A stretch of 64,000 nucleotides of DNA, taken from contig JAFGHI010000015.1 of the NCBI GenBank assembly GCA_016930235.1, positions 4,218 through 68,217 on the forward strand, read 5' to 3'. This stretch comes from Candidatus Omnitrophota bacterium. GTDB taxonomy: Bacteria; Omnitrophota; Omnitrophia; Omnitrophales; Aquincolibacteriaceae. The notes under the pieces were generated by a model. The model saw only the letters and a program-made list of their open reading frames with translations. It ran no database searches and was not told the origin of the DNA. Position numbers and translations under genes: made by a program. Shown here piece by piece: positions 47,982 through 58,291 of this stretch. The stretch's first letter is position 1, and each line of letters starts with the position of its first letter.

Positions 47982-48518
47982 TTAGGCCTTGACGTTCTCT
48001 TCCTGAATCCAGCGGTCCACAGACGCCTTCGAAAAAACCCAGCTGTTATTTTGATACTGGGCCGGGATCTTGCTCTGCTGAGCCCAATCCTCAACGACCT
48101 TGGCTTCCACTTCCAAATACTGAGCGACATCTTTAAGGGTCAGATAAACATCCGGGCTGTCATCCCCAGGGCGCAAATTCATCATCGAAATCTGCCCTTC
48201 AAGGACAGCACCTTCCGTCACACTCAGTTGAGGCGTCGAAATGTTCCCCCGAATAAGGGCGGGCGCGATCACGGACAAACTCTTCGTGGCTGCAATATCC
48301 CCCGTGATTTTCCCGGCGACAATAATCCGGTCCCCTTCAATGTTGGCTTTGACCTTGGCATTCTCACCAATGGTCAAGTTCCCCCGGGTTTCCAATTTTC
48401 CCTCAAAACTGCCGTTAATGCGTAGATTGACGGGATCCTTAAAGGTAATGGTCCCCTGCATACTCGCATCAACGTCGAGTATCTTTTCTTCCAGATCTCC
48501 ACTCTTTTTCTTCGCCAT
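47982..48518 (-). CDS. Bactofilin fused to a C-terminal Xis/BldC-type HTH
   Basis: LRINGSFEG..LTIGENAKVKANI..IIVAGKITGDI..GAVLEG, then YLTLKDVAQYL..W..KIPA..WVF..VDRW. Confidence 0.88.
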   Translation of the reverse strand: MAKKKSGDLEEKILDVDASMQGTITFKDPVNLRINGSFEGKLETRGNLTIGENAKVKANIEGDRIIVAGKITGDIAATKSLSVIAPALIRGNISTPQLSVTEGAVLEGQISMMNLRPGDDSPDVYLTLKDVAQYLEVEAKVVEDWAQQSKIPAQYQNNSWVFSKASVDRWIQEENVKA

Positions 48519-48693
48519 GGAAGAATCCTCCTTTATTCCTCGTTTGCCCGACTTAAAATGGTAATTTTTTGATTGTTAAAAAAGGGCGCTTCATTATCCC
48601 ATAATTGATCGAAGAGTAAAGTAAAAAAGGCGGTTTGGACGGGATAACGGAAACGTTGAAGATTTGCTCAGGCTCCGGTAAAATCTTATAGCT

Positions 48694-50166
48694 ATGCTGA
48701 TCCGTTCAACACTCTTAATCGGTGTGACCAGCTTTTGGTTAACGATGATGAGTATGCTCATCGGCCGTGAGTTTTTCGAGCTCACGCCCATTCAAACCGC
48801 CTACGAAGTCCTTCCGCTCACGACAGGACAGTTAAGGCGGGAAGACCAAGGGATCTATCTTGGAAACCGGCGCATCGGTCTTTCTTTCTCCCGGCTTGAG
48901 GCCGATCCGGAAAAGGAAACCGCCTTCGAGCTTCACGTGCATACTTATATGTCTTTTTTCCTGCTTGGCGAACGCGTCGAAATGCTGGTGAAGGGAAAGG
49001 CAAAATTGGATGAGTCATTTTATCTCAAGCGTTTTGCGATCAAAATCACCTCCCAAGATTATTGGACGGAACTCCAGGGCGAAGTCCTGGACCATACGAT
49101 CAACCTTGTCGTTGAAGAGAAAGACACGGCGGCCGATAGACGCTTAATCCCGATTAAAGGTCCTATCCTCTTCTCAGAATCGCTGGATTATCTTTGGACC
49201 CCCGAAAACCTCAAAACCGGAAAACGGGGCCGGCTGCAAATCTTCAACCCCATGGTCGCCAACCCCGAGGACATCGAATTCCGGGTCGGAGAAAAAGAAA
49301 CCATGAACTACCGGGGTGAAACAAAAGAGGTCTATCGGGTCTACCTGAAAAAGGGCGAAATCGAAACGACTTCCTGGGTGACCCCGGAAGGGATCACGCT
49401 TCAAAAGGAAAGCTATACGGGACTTCTCTTCGTAAAAGAACCCGCCTGGGAGCTTTACGAAGCTATGAGGAACGAGATGAGTTCCCCGCCTGACCTTCCC
49501 AATCTCTTTTCGATCCCGACAAACCAAATACTCGGGGACCTGGAAAACTTATCTTACCTGAAGGCCGTCTTAAAATCTCAAGACAAAGAAGAAATCGTGG
49601 AGATCACACGCCGGCCCTTAAGTGAAGTGAAAGATCTTCCTTGGCCCGTTAAAACCGAAGATCCGTCTTTTGATGTATATCTGAATCCTTCTGTCTTCAT
49701 TCAATCGGATGACGGCGAAATTAAAGCCAAAGCGCGCGAAATTGTCGGCGAAGAAACCACCGCGCTGGGGGCCAGCCTCAAAATCATGAAATGGGTCCAC
49801 AAAAATATGAATCCACTCCCAACGGTGGGAATCCCTTCAGCCAAACAGATTCTGACCACGCTGAAAGGAGACTGCAACGAATACACGGCCCTTTTCACCG
49901 CCCTTACCCGTTCGCTTGGGATCCCCACCAAGATGATTGCCGGACTCGTTTACCGGGACGGCCGTTTCTTTTATCACGCGTGGCCCGAGGTTTATACCGG
50001 CCAATGGGTCAGCCTGGATCCGACCTTCAATCAAGCCCCGAGTGATGTCGGGCATATCCCCCTTCTTGACGGAGATTTGAAGGAACAAATCAACCTTGTG
50101 AGCCGCTTAGGCCAAACCAAAGTTTTGATCCTTGAAACAAAAAAAGACAGCGAGAAAAAACTATGA
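48694..50166 (+). CDS. Membrane-anchored/exported transglutaminase-like protein
   Basis: N-terminal hydrophobic segment; GDCNEY, YHAWPEVY, LDPT triad. Confidence 0.88.
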   Translation: MLIRSTLLIGVTSFWLTMMSMLIGREFFELTPIQTAYEVLPLTTGQLRREDQGIYLGNRRIGLSFSRLEADPEKETAFELHVHTYMSFFLLGERVEMLVKGKAKLDESFYLKRFAIKITSQDYWTELQGEVLDHTINLVVEEKDTAADRRLIPIKGPILFSESLDYLWTPENLKTGKRGRLQIFNPMVANPEDIEFRVGEKETMNYRGETKEVYRVYLKKGEIETTSWVTPEGITLQKESYTGLLFVKEPAWELYEAMRNEMSSPPDLPNLFSIPTNQILGDLENLSYLKAVLKSQDKEEIVEITRRPLSEVKDLPWPVKTEDPSFDVYLNPSVFIQSDDGEIKAKAREIVGEETTALGASLKIMKWVHKNMNPLPTVGIPSAKQILTTLKGDCNEYTALFTALTRSLGIPTKMIAGLVYRDGRFFYHAWPEVYTGQWVSLDPTFNQAPSDVGHIPLLDGDLKEQINLVSRLGQTKVLILETKKDSEKKL

Positions 50167-50906
50167 ATCCAATTCTAAAAATCCAAGGACTGAAAAAAAA
50201 TTACGAAAAAAAAGAGGCCGTCAAAGGCATTGACCTTGAGATCCGGGAGGGCGAGCTCTTTTCCCTGCTCGGACCCAACGGGGCCGGCAAAACCACCACC
50301 CTCAAGATGCTGGTCGGCCTTTTGAAACCGACGTCGGGAGAGATCCGTATCGGCGGGTTTGACATAGTCCGGAACCCGATCGAGGCCAAAAAAATCATCA
50401 GTTTTGTCCCGGACGTCCCTTATATTTATGACAAATTGACCCCCTGGGAATTCCTTCGGTTTATCGGAAAACTTTACGCGATCGAACCCAAAACGTCAAA
50501 CGATCGCGCCGCGGAACTCCTCAAATTTTTCGAGATGTGGTCCTACCGGGACGTCTTGATCGAAGAATTCTCCCACGGAATGAAGCAAAAAATTATTCTC
50601 TCGGGAGCTCTTCTTCCCGAACCAAAAGTTTTTATCCTGGACGAACCGATGGTCGGCCTGGACCCGGTCAGTATCCATAGTTTCAAGGAAATGATGAAGC
50701 GCAAAGCCAAGGAAGGGATGACCATTATTTTTTCGACCCACACCCTGGCTTGGGCCGAGGAACTGGCGGACCGGATCGGGATTATTCACCAGGGCCGTTT
50801 GATCTCCCTGGGCACTTTATCGCAACTCCAGCAGCAATTCCAGTCGAGGGAAAACCTGGAAGAAATGTTTATGAGCCTGGTGGCCAAGGAAAACGAATCC
50901 GTTTAA
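50163..50906 (+). CDS. ABC exporter ATP-binding subunit
   Basis: GPNGAGKTT, FSHGMKQK, ILDEP, STH. Confidence 0.93.
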   Translation: MNPILKIQGLKKNYEKKEAVKGIDLEIREGELFSLLGPNGAGKTTTLKMLVGLLKPTSGEIRIGGFDIVRNPIEAKKIISFVPDVPYIYDKLTPWEFLRFIGKLYAIEPKTSNDRAAELLKFFEMWSYRDVLIEEFSHGMKQKIILSGALLPEPKVFILDEPMVGLDPVSIHSFKEMMKRKAKEGMTIIFSTHTLAWAEELADRIGIIHQGRLISLGTLSQLQQQFQSRENLEEMFMSLVAKENESV

Positions 50907-50912
50907 ATCGAT

Positions 50913-52568
50913 ATGAAAACATTTTATTCCCTTCTAGAACTTAAAGCGGCTATGATCCGCAATGCCTTCCGGAAACTCCTGACACGGTCAAAGTTTGAGT
51001 TGATCACGCTGATCTTCTTTTTTCTCGTGACCGGTATCGGGCTTTTTATTTTTTTTCATCAGGGATTCCGATTCTTTAAAGGCCAGGAACCTTTCGGCTC
51101 GATCCTGATCGACCAAACTTTTTATCTCTTTAATTTCGTCCTTTTTACGATGCTTTTTGTCTCTTCGGCGATTTCCTCGTACGCGTCACTTTTCCGTTCC
51201 AATGAAGTGGTCTTTCTATTGGCCAGGCCGATTCCCTGGAACCAGGTCTATTTCTTGAAAGTGACAGAGGCCGTATGGTTCAGTTCCTGGGCCTTCCTCT
51301 TTCTGGCAGTTCCTTTTATGAGCGCTTACGGATTAAGCAAGGAGGTCCCCTGGTTAGTGATCCTTCTTCTGACCTTTCTTTTTTATCTGCCCTTTGTTTT
51401 GCTGGCAGGCGTTTTAGGGACGATCGCTTCTGTCCTGACGGTTTGGCTGCTGCCCAACCGGCAAAGCCGGCATATTGCACTTCTGATTGCCGTAGCGATT
51501 GCTATTCTTTTCCTCTTTAAAACCGGCCCGGAAGCGATTCAAGAGCAGGGCTCGGTCGCAAGCATTCTGAGCGGTTATTTGCCGCAGGTCACGTTCTCAA
51601 AATACCCGCTCTTGCCTTCGGCCTGGACCACCCAAGGGATCCTGGCCCTCACTTCAGACCCGGGATCACTCTGGCGGTGGAGTGACGGGACCTTTTACCT
51701 GCTTGTCTTACTATCCAACTTATTCTTTTTCATGATCCCGTCTTATTCGATCGGCTGTCTCCTCTTCCCAAAAACTTATTTGCGCGCGCAGGATCACGGA
51801 GAGTCTGATCCCAAGAAAAGGGCCCGCATTCACCGGCACCTGGAAAGCTGGCTCGACCGGATCCCGTTTACCTCGCGCTCAGCGATGGCCTTTCTCGAAA
51901 AAGACATCAAGACATTTTCACGGGAGGCCTCGGAATGGTCCCAGCTCATCATTTTCTTCGGGCTGCTTTTAGTCTATTTTCTTAACTTGAAAAATCTGGA
52001 GTTTCATATCCTGAAGGATTTCTGGAAGAATCTGGTCTTTATCTTAAACACCGTCGGAACGTACGTCGTCCTCTCAAGTTTCAGTATGCGTTTTGTCTTT
52101 CCGATGCTGTCCCTGGAAGGTTCGCGCGCGTGGATTATCGGGGTCGCTCCGATCCGTTTGTCGTCTCCGGTCTTTGAGAAATTCTTCCTCGGGACCTTTG
52201 TCTCGGCCCTTTTGACACTGCCCCTCGTTTATCTTTCCGGCTGGCTGCTTGAAATCCCAATGGAACGGGTCTTCTTCACAACCGGCCTGGGATTTTTTGT
52301 CTGTATCGCTTTGACGGGACTTTCGGTGGGATTGGGTGCCATCTTCCCCAATTTCAAATCGACAAACCCTTCGGAAATTATCTCGGGATTCGGCGGCGCC
52401 ATGGTCTTAACCACTCACTTGGGCTATTTGACCGCTATCGGACTCGCCCTTTTTCTTTTTAAGGACCCCAGCGGGCCTGCCTTTCTCAGTCTTGCCCTCG
52501 CAAGCCTTGCGGTGGGAATATTTCCCCTTCAACTCGGCATCCGGGCCTTAAAGAAAATGGAATTCTGA
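50913..52568 (+). CDS. ABC exporter permease with duplicated ABC-2-like halves
   Basis: About 12-14 TM segments; FLLARPI, EKDIKTFSRE, SLEG. Confidence 0.85.
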   Translation: MKTFYSLLELKAAMIRNAFRKLLTRSKFELITLIFFFLVTGIGLFIFFHQGFRFFKGQEPFGSILIDQTFYLFNFVLFTMLFVSSAISSYASLFRSNEVVFLLARPIPWNQVYFLKVTEAVWFSSWAFLFLAVPFMSAYGLSKEVPWLVILLLTFLFYLPFVLLAGVLGTIASVLTVWLLPNRQSRHIALLIAVAIAILFLFKTGPEAIQEQGSVASILSGYLPQVTFSKYPLLPSAWTTQGILALTSDPGSLWRWSDGTFYLLVLLSNLFFFMIPSYSIGCLLFPKTYLRAQDHGESDPKKRARIHRHLESWLDRIPFTSRSAMAFLEKDIKTFSREASEWSQLIIFFGLLLVYFLNLKNLEFHILKDFWKNLVFILNTVGTYVVLSSFSMRFVFPMLSLEGSRAWIIGVAPIRLSSPVFEKFFLGTFVSALLTLPLVYLSGWLLEIPMERVFFTTGLGFFVCIALTGLSVGLGAIFPNFKSTNPSEIISGFGGAMVLTTHLGYLTAIGLALFLFKDPSGPAFLSLALASLAVGIFPLQLGIRALKKMEF

Positions 52569-52678
52569 TTTCGAGCCTTCTTAAAACCATTCAAACCGGT
52601 TCTCGTCCCCGCTCAGCACAATCTATCCACCGAAATCTTCCGTAATCGATAGGAAAACAGTTGTTTTGGGGTTGTCCC

Positions 52679-52707
52679 TTGACTTATCAAAAACGATAAG
52701 TTATTAT
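52679..52707 (+). promoter_or_regulatory. TA promoter with internal operator
   Basis: TTGACT-N17-TATTAT enclosing ACTTATC-N6-GATAAGT. Confidence 0.75.
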
Positions 52708-52715
52708 TATTGATA

Positions 52716-52988
52716 ATGTGGCGAATCCAAGAGCATAAAGATATTGCCAAGCTTTGTCGCAAGTTACCCGAACATATCGTCAAGAAATATGAAGTTTGGA
52801 AAAACATCGTATTCCGACACGGTCCCGGCAAATTGAAAGAATTCCCAGGACTTCACGATGAGGCGCTTAAGGGTGAACGAAAAGGCAAGCGTTCTTCACG
52901 TCTGAGTTTGCAGTATCATGTCGTCTATACGGTTCGACATGACATTGTGACGGTTTATGTATTAGAGATTACGCCCCATCGTTATTAG
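52716..52988 (+). CDS. higB: RelE/HigB-type mRNA interferase toxin
   Basis: HDEALKGERKGKRSSRLSLQYHVVY..EITPHRY; upstream of an XRE antitoxin. Confidence 0.8.
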   Translation: MWRIQEHKDIAKLCRKLPEHIVKKYEVWKNIVFRHGPGKLKEFPGLHDEALKGERKGKRSSRLSLQYHVVYTVRHDIVTVYVLEITPHRY

Positions 52989-53000
52989 GAGGTTGTTCCA

Positions 53001-53279
53001 ATGCCAAAGAATAGAGAAAATGAATTTGTGCCCGCGAAGAAGCATGCCAGTCTGACAACCGGCGAAGTCATTCGCATGCTCCGTGAACTTAAGGGCTGGA
53101 CTCAGGAAGAATTGGCCAACCGCTCGGGAATTACAGCCACCAACATCAGTTCGCTTGAGAACGGCCGAGTCGAGATCGGCAAGAAACGCGCAGAGCAGCT
53201 TGCCGCAGCATTCAAGATCCACCCCGCAATTATTATGTTTCCGGAATATGAAGAGGGTACTGTTCTAAAAGCTGCTTGA
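53001..53279 (+). CDS. higA: HigA-type XRE antitoxin
   Basis: LRELKGWTQEELA..ISSLENG. Confidence 0.8.
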   Translation: MPKNRENEFVPAKKHASLTTGEVIRMLRELKGWTQEELANRSGITATNISSLENGRVEIGKKRAEQLAAAFKIHPAIIMFPEYEEGTVLKAA

Positions 53280-53304
53280 CACAACTTCACGGCAGGGGGT
53301 TTTC

Positions 53305-55128
53305 TTACTTTTCCAACTCGTCCAGTTTTTCCTGCAGGCTGCACCACTCGCTTTCGGCCTTTTCGATATAGATCTGGATATTCTTCAGGCGGACGTTGCG
53401 GTCTTTGGAAAAATAGAAGGGGTTCTTGCGGATCTCTTCCAGCAGTTTATTGCGTTCCTCCGTATGATGACTGATACGTTTCTCCACTTTGGTCATCTCT
53501 CTTTTGACCTTTGCGATCTCCGACTTCAATTTCTTCTTCTGAACGTATTCCTTGGTCACCGGCTCTTCCTTCCTGGAAGAATGTTCTTGGGCCTTTTGAT
53601 GCGTCCTTCCGGAGACGGGCGAGGGCGCTTCCACTTCCTCGCCCCGGGCAAGACTCTCCAGGGAATAAACGTAATCCTCATAAGTCCCGGGATAGCGAAT
53701 GATCTTACCTTTCTTGATCTCGAGAATATATTGAGCCACAAGATTCACGAAGGTGCGGTCGTGGCTGATGAAAAAGATCATTCCTTCGAATCTTTTGAGC
53801 GCACGCCCCAGGGCCTCCACGGTTTCAAAATCCAGATGGTTGGTCGGTTCATCCAAAAGCAGGACCTGACTTTTTGAGAGAAGCAATCCCGCCAGGACCA
53901 GCCGCGCGCGTTCCCCGCCGCTTAGGACCTTGATCTTCTTTTTGACGTCATCCCCCTTGAAAAGAAAACAGCCGGCCATCGTGAGGATTTCCTGATTCGT
54001 CACGCCCTCTGCGCTTTCGCGCATCAGATGGGCATAGATATTATCTTCCGGATCCAGAACGGAAAAAACATGCTGGGCATAATAGGCAACTTTCAGACCC
54101 GCGGCCCACCGGAAAGTCCCGCCTTTGGCGGCTAGGTCCCCGGCAATGGTCCGAAGAAAAGTGGTTTTGCCTTCGCCGTTGTCCCCCAGGATCGCGACAT
54201 GTTTTCCGCGGTCAATATCCAGGCAAATCCCGCTGGCCACATCCTTCTCGGAATAACCGATCCCGAGGTCCTCGCAGGAAAAACCGGGGCCGACTTTGGG
54301 TTCAACGGGCGGGATATAAATACGTACGCGGCCCGTCTCGTGTGCAATTTCAATCGTCTTAAGCTTTGCGATCTGTTTCATCTTGGACTGCGCCCGCGTT
54401 GCGGTTGAAGCCTTCGCACGAAATCGGTCCACGAAAGCCTGAAGCTGGCTGCGTTTTTTTTCGATCCCCCGGTTGTAGGCCTGAATCTGCGCAAGCTGCT
54501 CTTCCTTAAACTCGAAATACTCCTCGATGTCCCCGGGATAAAGCGTGAGTTCGCCGTTTTCCACTTCGAGGGTGTGGTCGCAGGTCCGTTTCAGGAATTC
54601 GCGGTCGTGGGAAACGATCAGGTACCCGCCCCTGAAATCGAGAAGGAAATTCTCAAGGAGGATCATCGTGCTCAAATCCAGGTAATTACTCGGCTCATCG
54701 AGAATCAAAAAATTCGGATCTCCCAAAAGCATGGCGGCAAGCTTGACCCGGGTTTGATAGCCGCCGGGAAGATTCCCGACCGGTTCATTTAACATTTCAT
54801 TTTTGAGTTGAAAACGCGCCGCTGTCTGGCCGCATTCCCAGTGCTCACTACCGGTCACACGCATCAGAAAATCCAGGACGGTTTCCCCGGGCTTGAAGGT
54901 ATCGTGCTGTTCGAGATAACTCAGTCGGAGTGACTTGTTGCGGGTTATGTCACCGCTGTCGGCCGTTTCGTGACCGGTGATGATGCGGCAAAGCGTCGAC
55001 TTCCCGGCCCCGTTTCGTCCGATCATGCCGATCTTTTGGTCGTTCGAAAAGGACGCGGTCGCGTCTTCCAAAATGCGGGACGCCCCGTAGGCTTTCGAGA
55101 TATCTTTGATCTGAAGAAGAACCGTCAT
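53305..55128 (-). CDS. ABC-F family ATPase
   Basis: Two ABC domains (GRNGAGKS, GDNGEGKT, LSGGE, LDEPTNHLD), no TM, C-terminal coiled coil. Confidence 0.93.
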   Translation of the reverse strand: MTVLLQIKDISKAYGASRILEDATASFSNDQKIGMIGRNGAGKSTLCRIITGHETADSGDITRNKSLRLSYLEQHDTFKPGETVLDFLMRVTGSEHWECGQTAARFQLKNEMLNEPVGNLPGGYQTRVKLAAMLLGDPNFLILDEPSNYLDLSTMILLENFLLDFRGGYLIVSHDREFLKRTCDHTLEVENGELTLYPGDIEEYFEFKEEQLAQIQAYNRGIEKKRSQLQAFVDRFRAKASTATRAQSKMKQIAKLKTIEIAHETGRVRIYIPPVEPKVGPGFSCEDLGIGYSEKDVASGICLDIDRGKHVAILGDNGEGKTTFLRTIAGDLAAKGGTFRWAAGLKVAYYAQHVFSVLDPEDNIYAHLMRESAEGVTNQEILTMAGCFLFKGDDVKKKIKVLSGGERARLVLAGLLLSKSQVLLLDEPTNHLDFETVEALGRALKRFEGMIFFISHDRTFVNLVAQYILEIKKGKIIRYPGTYEDYVYSLESLARGEEVEAPSPVSGRTHQKAQEHSSRKEEPVTKEYVQKKKLKSEIAKVKREMTKVEKRISHHTEERNKLLEEIRKNPFYFSKDRNVRLKNIQIYIEKAESEWCSLQEKLDELEK

Positions 55129-55275
55129 TTTTTAATTTTAACCAAAACCTCGAGAGAAACAAAGGATTGTTTGAAGAATTTTCAAGCCAAGACATCCGTT
55201 CTTATGCTAGGCTACCTGCGGTCATATTGTTTTTCACCTCAAAGGAATCAAAAAGAGGCCGTTACTTCTACAACC

Positions 55276-55926
55276 GTGAAAATTCAATTATGGGTCTTTC
55301 CCGTTCTTCTTTTAATGGCCGTTGCGCGCGTGGGGCTTTCTGTCGCTCCCGAGGAAAACAGCTGGGATGAAGACAAACCCAAAAAGGACATTTCGGTTTA
55401 TCACCGCGCAGTGGAAGGCACCCATCGCAAAGACGTGAAAGCGGTCACGGCCCTGAAGGTCCCGAAAGAAAAGGTCATGGCAGCGCTCCGGGCCACCGAG
55501 CTTTCCTCCGAGTGGATGTATGCACTCGAAACCTCCGAGATTTTCGAAACGACCGAAGAGGGGCATACCGTTTACTATTTTTACTGGAATGTTCTGCCGC
55601 CCTTCCCCGACCACGACACTTATCTCATTCGCGAGGAAGAACCGGGTCCCTCCCCTGAAATAACGATTTTTCGGCACACTTATTATGACGGAGGATATCC
55701 CAAAAAAGACGGCCTGAGCCGCATGGATACCTTTGGATGCCTCTGGGAAATCGAAGCCCTGGGCCCTGAAGCAACAAAGATAGCTTTGACGCTCCAAGCC
55801 AACCCTAGCGGGACAATCCCCGCCTGGTTTGTCAATTATATGACGACCCTGAATGCCACCGAAAGTCTCGAAGGCCTCAAAAAATTTATCCTGGAAGAAC
55901 GGTACCAAAAGGCCCAGGCAGGCTAA
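55276..55926 (+). CDS. Exported START-domain protein
   Basis: Hydrophobic N-terminus; ISVY, PPFPDHD, ANPSGTIPAWFVN; start uncertain. Confidence 0.7.
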   Translation: MKIQLWVFPVLLLMAVARVGLSVAPEENSWDEDKPKKDISVYHRAVEGTHRKDVKAVTALKVPKEKVMAALRATELSSEWMYALETSEIFETTEEGHTVYYFYWNVLPPFPDHDTYLIREEEPGPSPEITIFRHTYYDGGYPKKDGLSRMDTFGCLWEIEALGPEATKIALTLQANPSGTIPAWFVNYMTTLNATESLEGLKKFILEERYQKAQAG

Positions 55927-55980
55927 AACTGAAAATCCGTTGGACATCTCTTTAAACTTTCCCTAGAATCTTTTTACACA

Positions 55981-58233
55981 ATGACGGCCAATTCTTCTTC
56001 TCAACGGTTTTCTGTTTTTCTTTTTTCCGTAACTCTCTTTGTAAGCGCCTTTCTTTTATTTTCCGTCCAGCCGATGTTTGCCAAGATGGTCCTGCCGCTC
56101 TTGGGCGGCGCTCCGAATGTTTGGAACACCTGTCTCGTCTTCTTTCAGATGACACTCCTTCTTGGGTATTGTTACGCACACGTTTTGGCATCATTTAAAA
56201 TCCGTCACCAATTATGGATTCACGGACTTTTTCTGACGCTGGCTTTCTTGGCACTTCCGGTTGCGATCCCCCAGGGCGCCGTTCCGCCCACGAATACGAA
56301 CCCGGTGCCGTGGCTGTTGCGCATCCTCCTGGTCGGGATCGGGCTGCCTTTCTTTGTCGTCTCAACGACATCACCCCTTATCCAAAAGTGGTTCTCCGGG
56401 ATCAAGCACGCGTCGTCCCATGATCCTTATTTTCTTTATGCCGCAAGCAATCTTGGAAGCCTCATCGCCCTTTTAAGTTATCCGGTATGGATTGAGGCCG
56501 CCTGGGCCCTTCAAACCCAGAGCCACTATTGGGGACTCGTCTACATCCTTTTCTTCCTCCTGACATTATCCTGCGCCTTTTTACTGGTCCATTCGCAACG
56601 AAGACAAATAGAGTCACCGCAGGAAACAGCTTCTCTTACGAACCGGCCGCTCACGGCAAAAAAACGGTTATTCTGGATCCTCCTCGCTTTCGTCCCTTCA
56701 AGCCTGATGTTGGGAGTCACCACTTTTATCACGACGGATGTCGCCGCTGTTCCGCTGCTTTGGATCATTCCGCTCTCACTTTATCTTCTCTCATTTATCT
56801 TTGTCTTTGCAAAAAGAACCTGGATTTCCCCGGCTCTGATGAATTGGTCCTTTGCCTTTTTTGTGGTCCCGATCTTCATCAGCTTTGCCGCAAAAGCACC
56901 CGCACCGGCCTGGCTGCACATTCTCTTCTTTTTCACGGCCGCCATGATTTGCCATAAAAGGCTCGCTGACGACAGGCCGGACCCCAGGCACTTGACGGAA
57001 TTTTATCTGTGGATCTCTGTCGGCGGAGCCCTCGGCGGTTTCTTTAACGCCCTGGCCGCGCCCGTTCTCTTTTCGGATATCCTGGAATATCCATTTGTCA
57101 TTATCCTGCTTTGCTTCTTAAGGCCGAATCTAAGGCAGGAAAAAAAAAGGCCTTTTTTTCTCGCTCAAGATTTCGTCGCGCCTGTTCTCATTTTTTTAGT
57201 GGTCATCGCCATCAAACTTGTTTTCTATCAACTCAAAATCACACCTTCTTTAACTCATATGCTGACTCCGGCCAATATTGTGACCGTCATCTTTTTCTAT
57301 GCGGTCCCCGCCCTCCTGTGCTTTGTCTTCCGGAACCGCTCCGCAAGATTTGGGCTCTGCATTCTGGCTTTTTTCTCGGCACATTTATTCCTTTCACAAG
57401 TCGGCTGGTTTTCCAAAGAAAAAACCCTCCACCAGGAAAGGAGTTTCTTCGGGGTGACAACGGTGATCGAAACCCCAATCTACCGGATCTTGCGTCACGG
57501 GACCACGGTTCATGGGATGCAATTTCTCGACCCGGCAAAACAGCGGGAACCTCTTACCTATTTTCACCGTAAAGGACCGATCGGCGACATTTTCAAAACC
57601 GCTTACGGAAAAGGTCCCTTGGAAAAAATCGCTGTGGTGGGTCTAGGGGCGGGGACCCTTGCAAGCTACGCCAAGGAAGGCCAGCATTGGGATTTCTACG
57701 AGATCGATCCTGTCATCCAAAGGATCGCTGCGGACCCCGCTTATTTCACCTATCTTTCCGGTAGTAAGGCCGAAAACGAAATTATCCTCGGTGACGGCCG
57801 TTTGGAAATCGCCGGGGCCGCGGAGCAGTCCTACGATCTCATCTTTTTAGACGTCTTCAGTTCGGATGCCATCCCGGTTCACATCCTGACCAAAGAAGCC
57901 ATCCTACTTTACCTTTCGAAATTGAAACCCGAAGGAATGCTCGCCTTGAATATTTCCAACCGCTACCTCAAGCTCGAGACTGTATTGAGCAGTCTGGCAA
58001 AAACGCTCGGGTTGGTTTGTCTGGTGAAGTATGACATCAAGTCAACACTAAAAATCGACGAAAGCGGCAAGATATCCTCAGCCTGGGCCGTCCTAACGCG
58101 AAGACCGGAATCGGTTCAAAACCTAATCCATAAGGAAGATTGGAAACAGCTAACGGTCTATTCCAAACCGGCCGAATGGACGGACAATTACTCGAATATC
58201 CTCAGTCTCTATGAATGGGGAATCTTGAAATAG
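55981..58233 (+). CDS. Multi-TM protein fused to a spermidine-synthase-like SAM-binding domain
   Basis: SAFLLFSVQPM, VVGLGAGTL, YEIDP, GDGR, LDVFSSD. Confidence 0.88.
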   Translation: MTANSSSQRFSVFLFSVTLFVSAFLLFSVQPMFAKMVLPLLGGAPNVWNTCLVFFQMTLLLGYCYAHVLASFKIRHQLWIHGLFLTLAFLALPVAIPQGAVPPTNTNPVPWLLRILLVGIGLPFFVVSTTSPLIQKWFSGIKHASSHDPYFLYAASNLGSLIALLSYPVWIEAAWALQTQSHYWGLVYILFFLLTLSCAFLLVHSQRRQIESPQETASLTNRPLTAKKRLFWILLAFVPSSLMLGVTTFITTDVAAVPLLWIIPLSLYLLSFIFVFAKRTWISPALMNWSFAFFVVPIFISFAAKAPAPAWLHILFFFTAAMICHKRLADDRPDPRHLTEFYLWISVGGALGGFFNALAAPVLFSDILEYPFVIILLCFLRPNLRQEKKRPFFLAQDFVAPVLIFLVVIAIKLVFYQLKITPSLTHMLTPANIVTVIFFYAVPALLCFVFRNRSARFGLCILAFFSAHLFLSQVGWFSKEKTLHQERSFFGVTTVIETPIYRILRHGTTVHGMQFLDPAKQREPLTYFHRKGPIGDIFKTAYGKGPLEKIAVVGLGAGTLASYAKEGQHWDFYEIDPVIQRIAADPAYFTYLSGSKAENEIILGDGRLEIAGAAEQSYDLIFLDVFSSDAIPVHILTKEAILLYLSKLKPEGMLALNISNRYLKLETVLSSLAKTLGLVCLVKYDIKSTLKIDESGKISSAWAVLTRRPESVQNLIHKEDWKQLTVYSKPAEWTDNYSNILSLYEWGILK

Positions 58234-58291
58234 CCTGCCTGTTGTCCATTTTCTAAACCTTAAACAACCGCCGGGATAAACCGTTATCAGC

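Noticed and set aside
54970-55275. Long N-terminus of the 318-aa ORF
   Set aside because: It overlaps the ABC-F gene on the opposite strand; a signal-like segment begins near 55276
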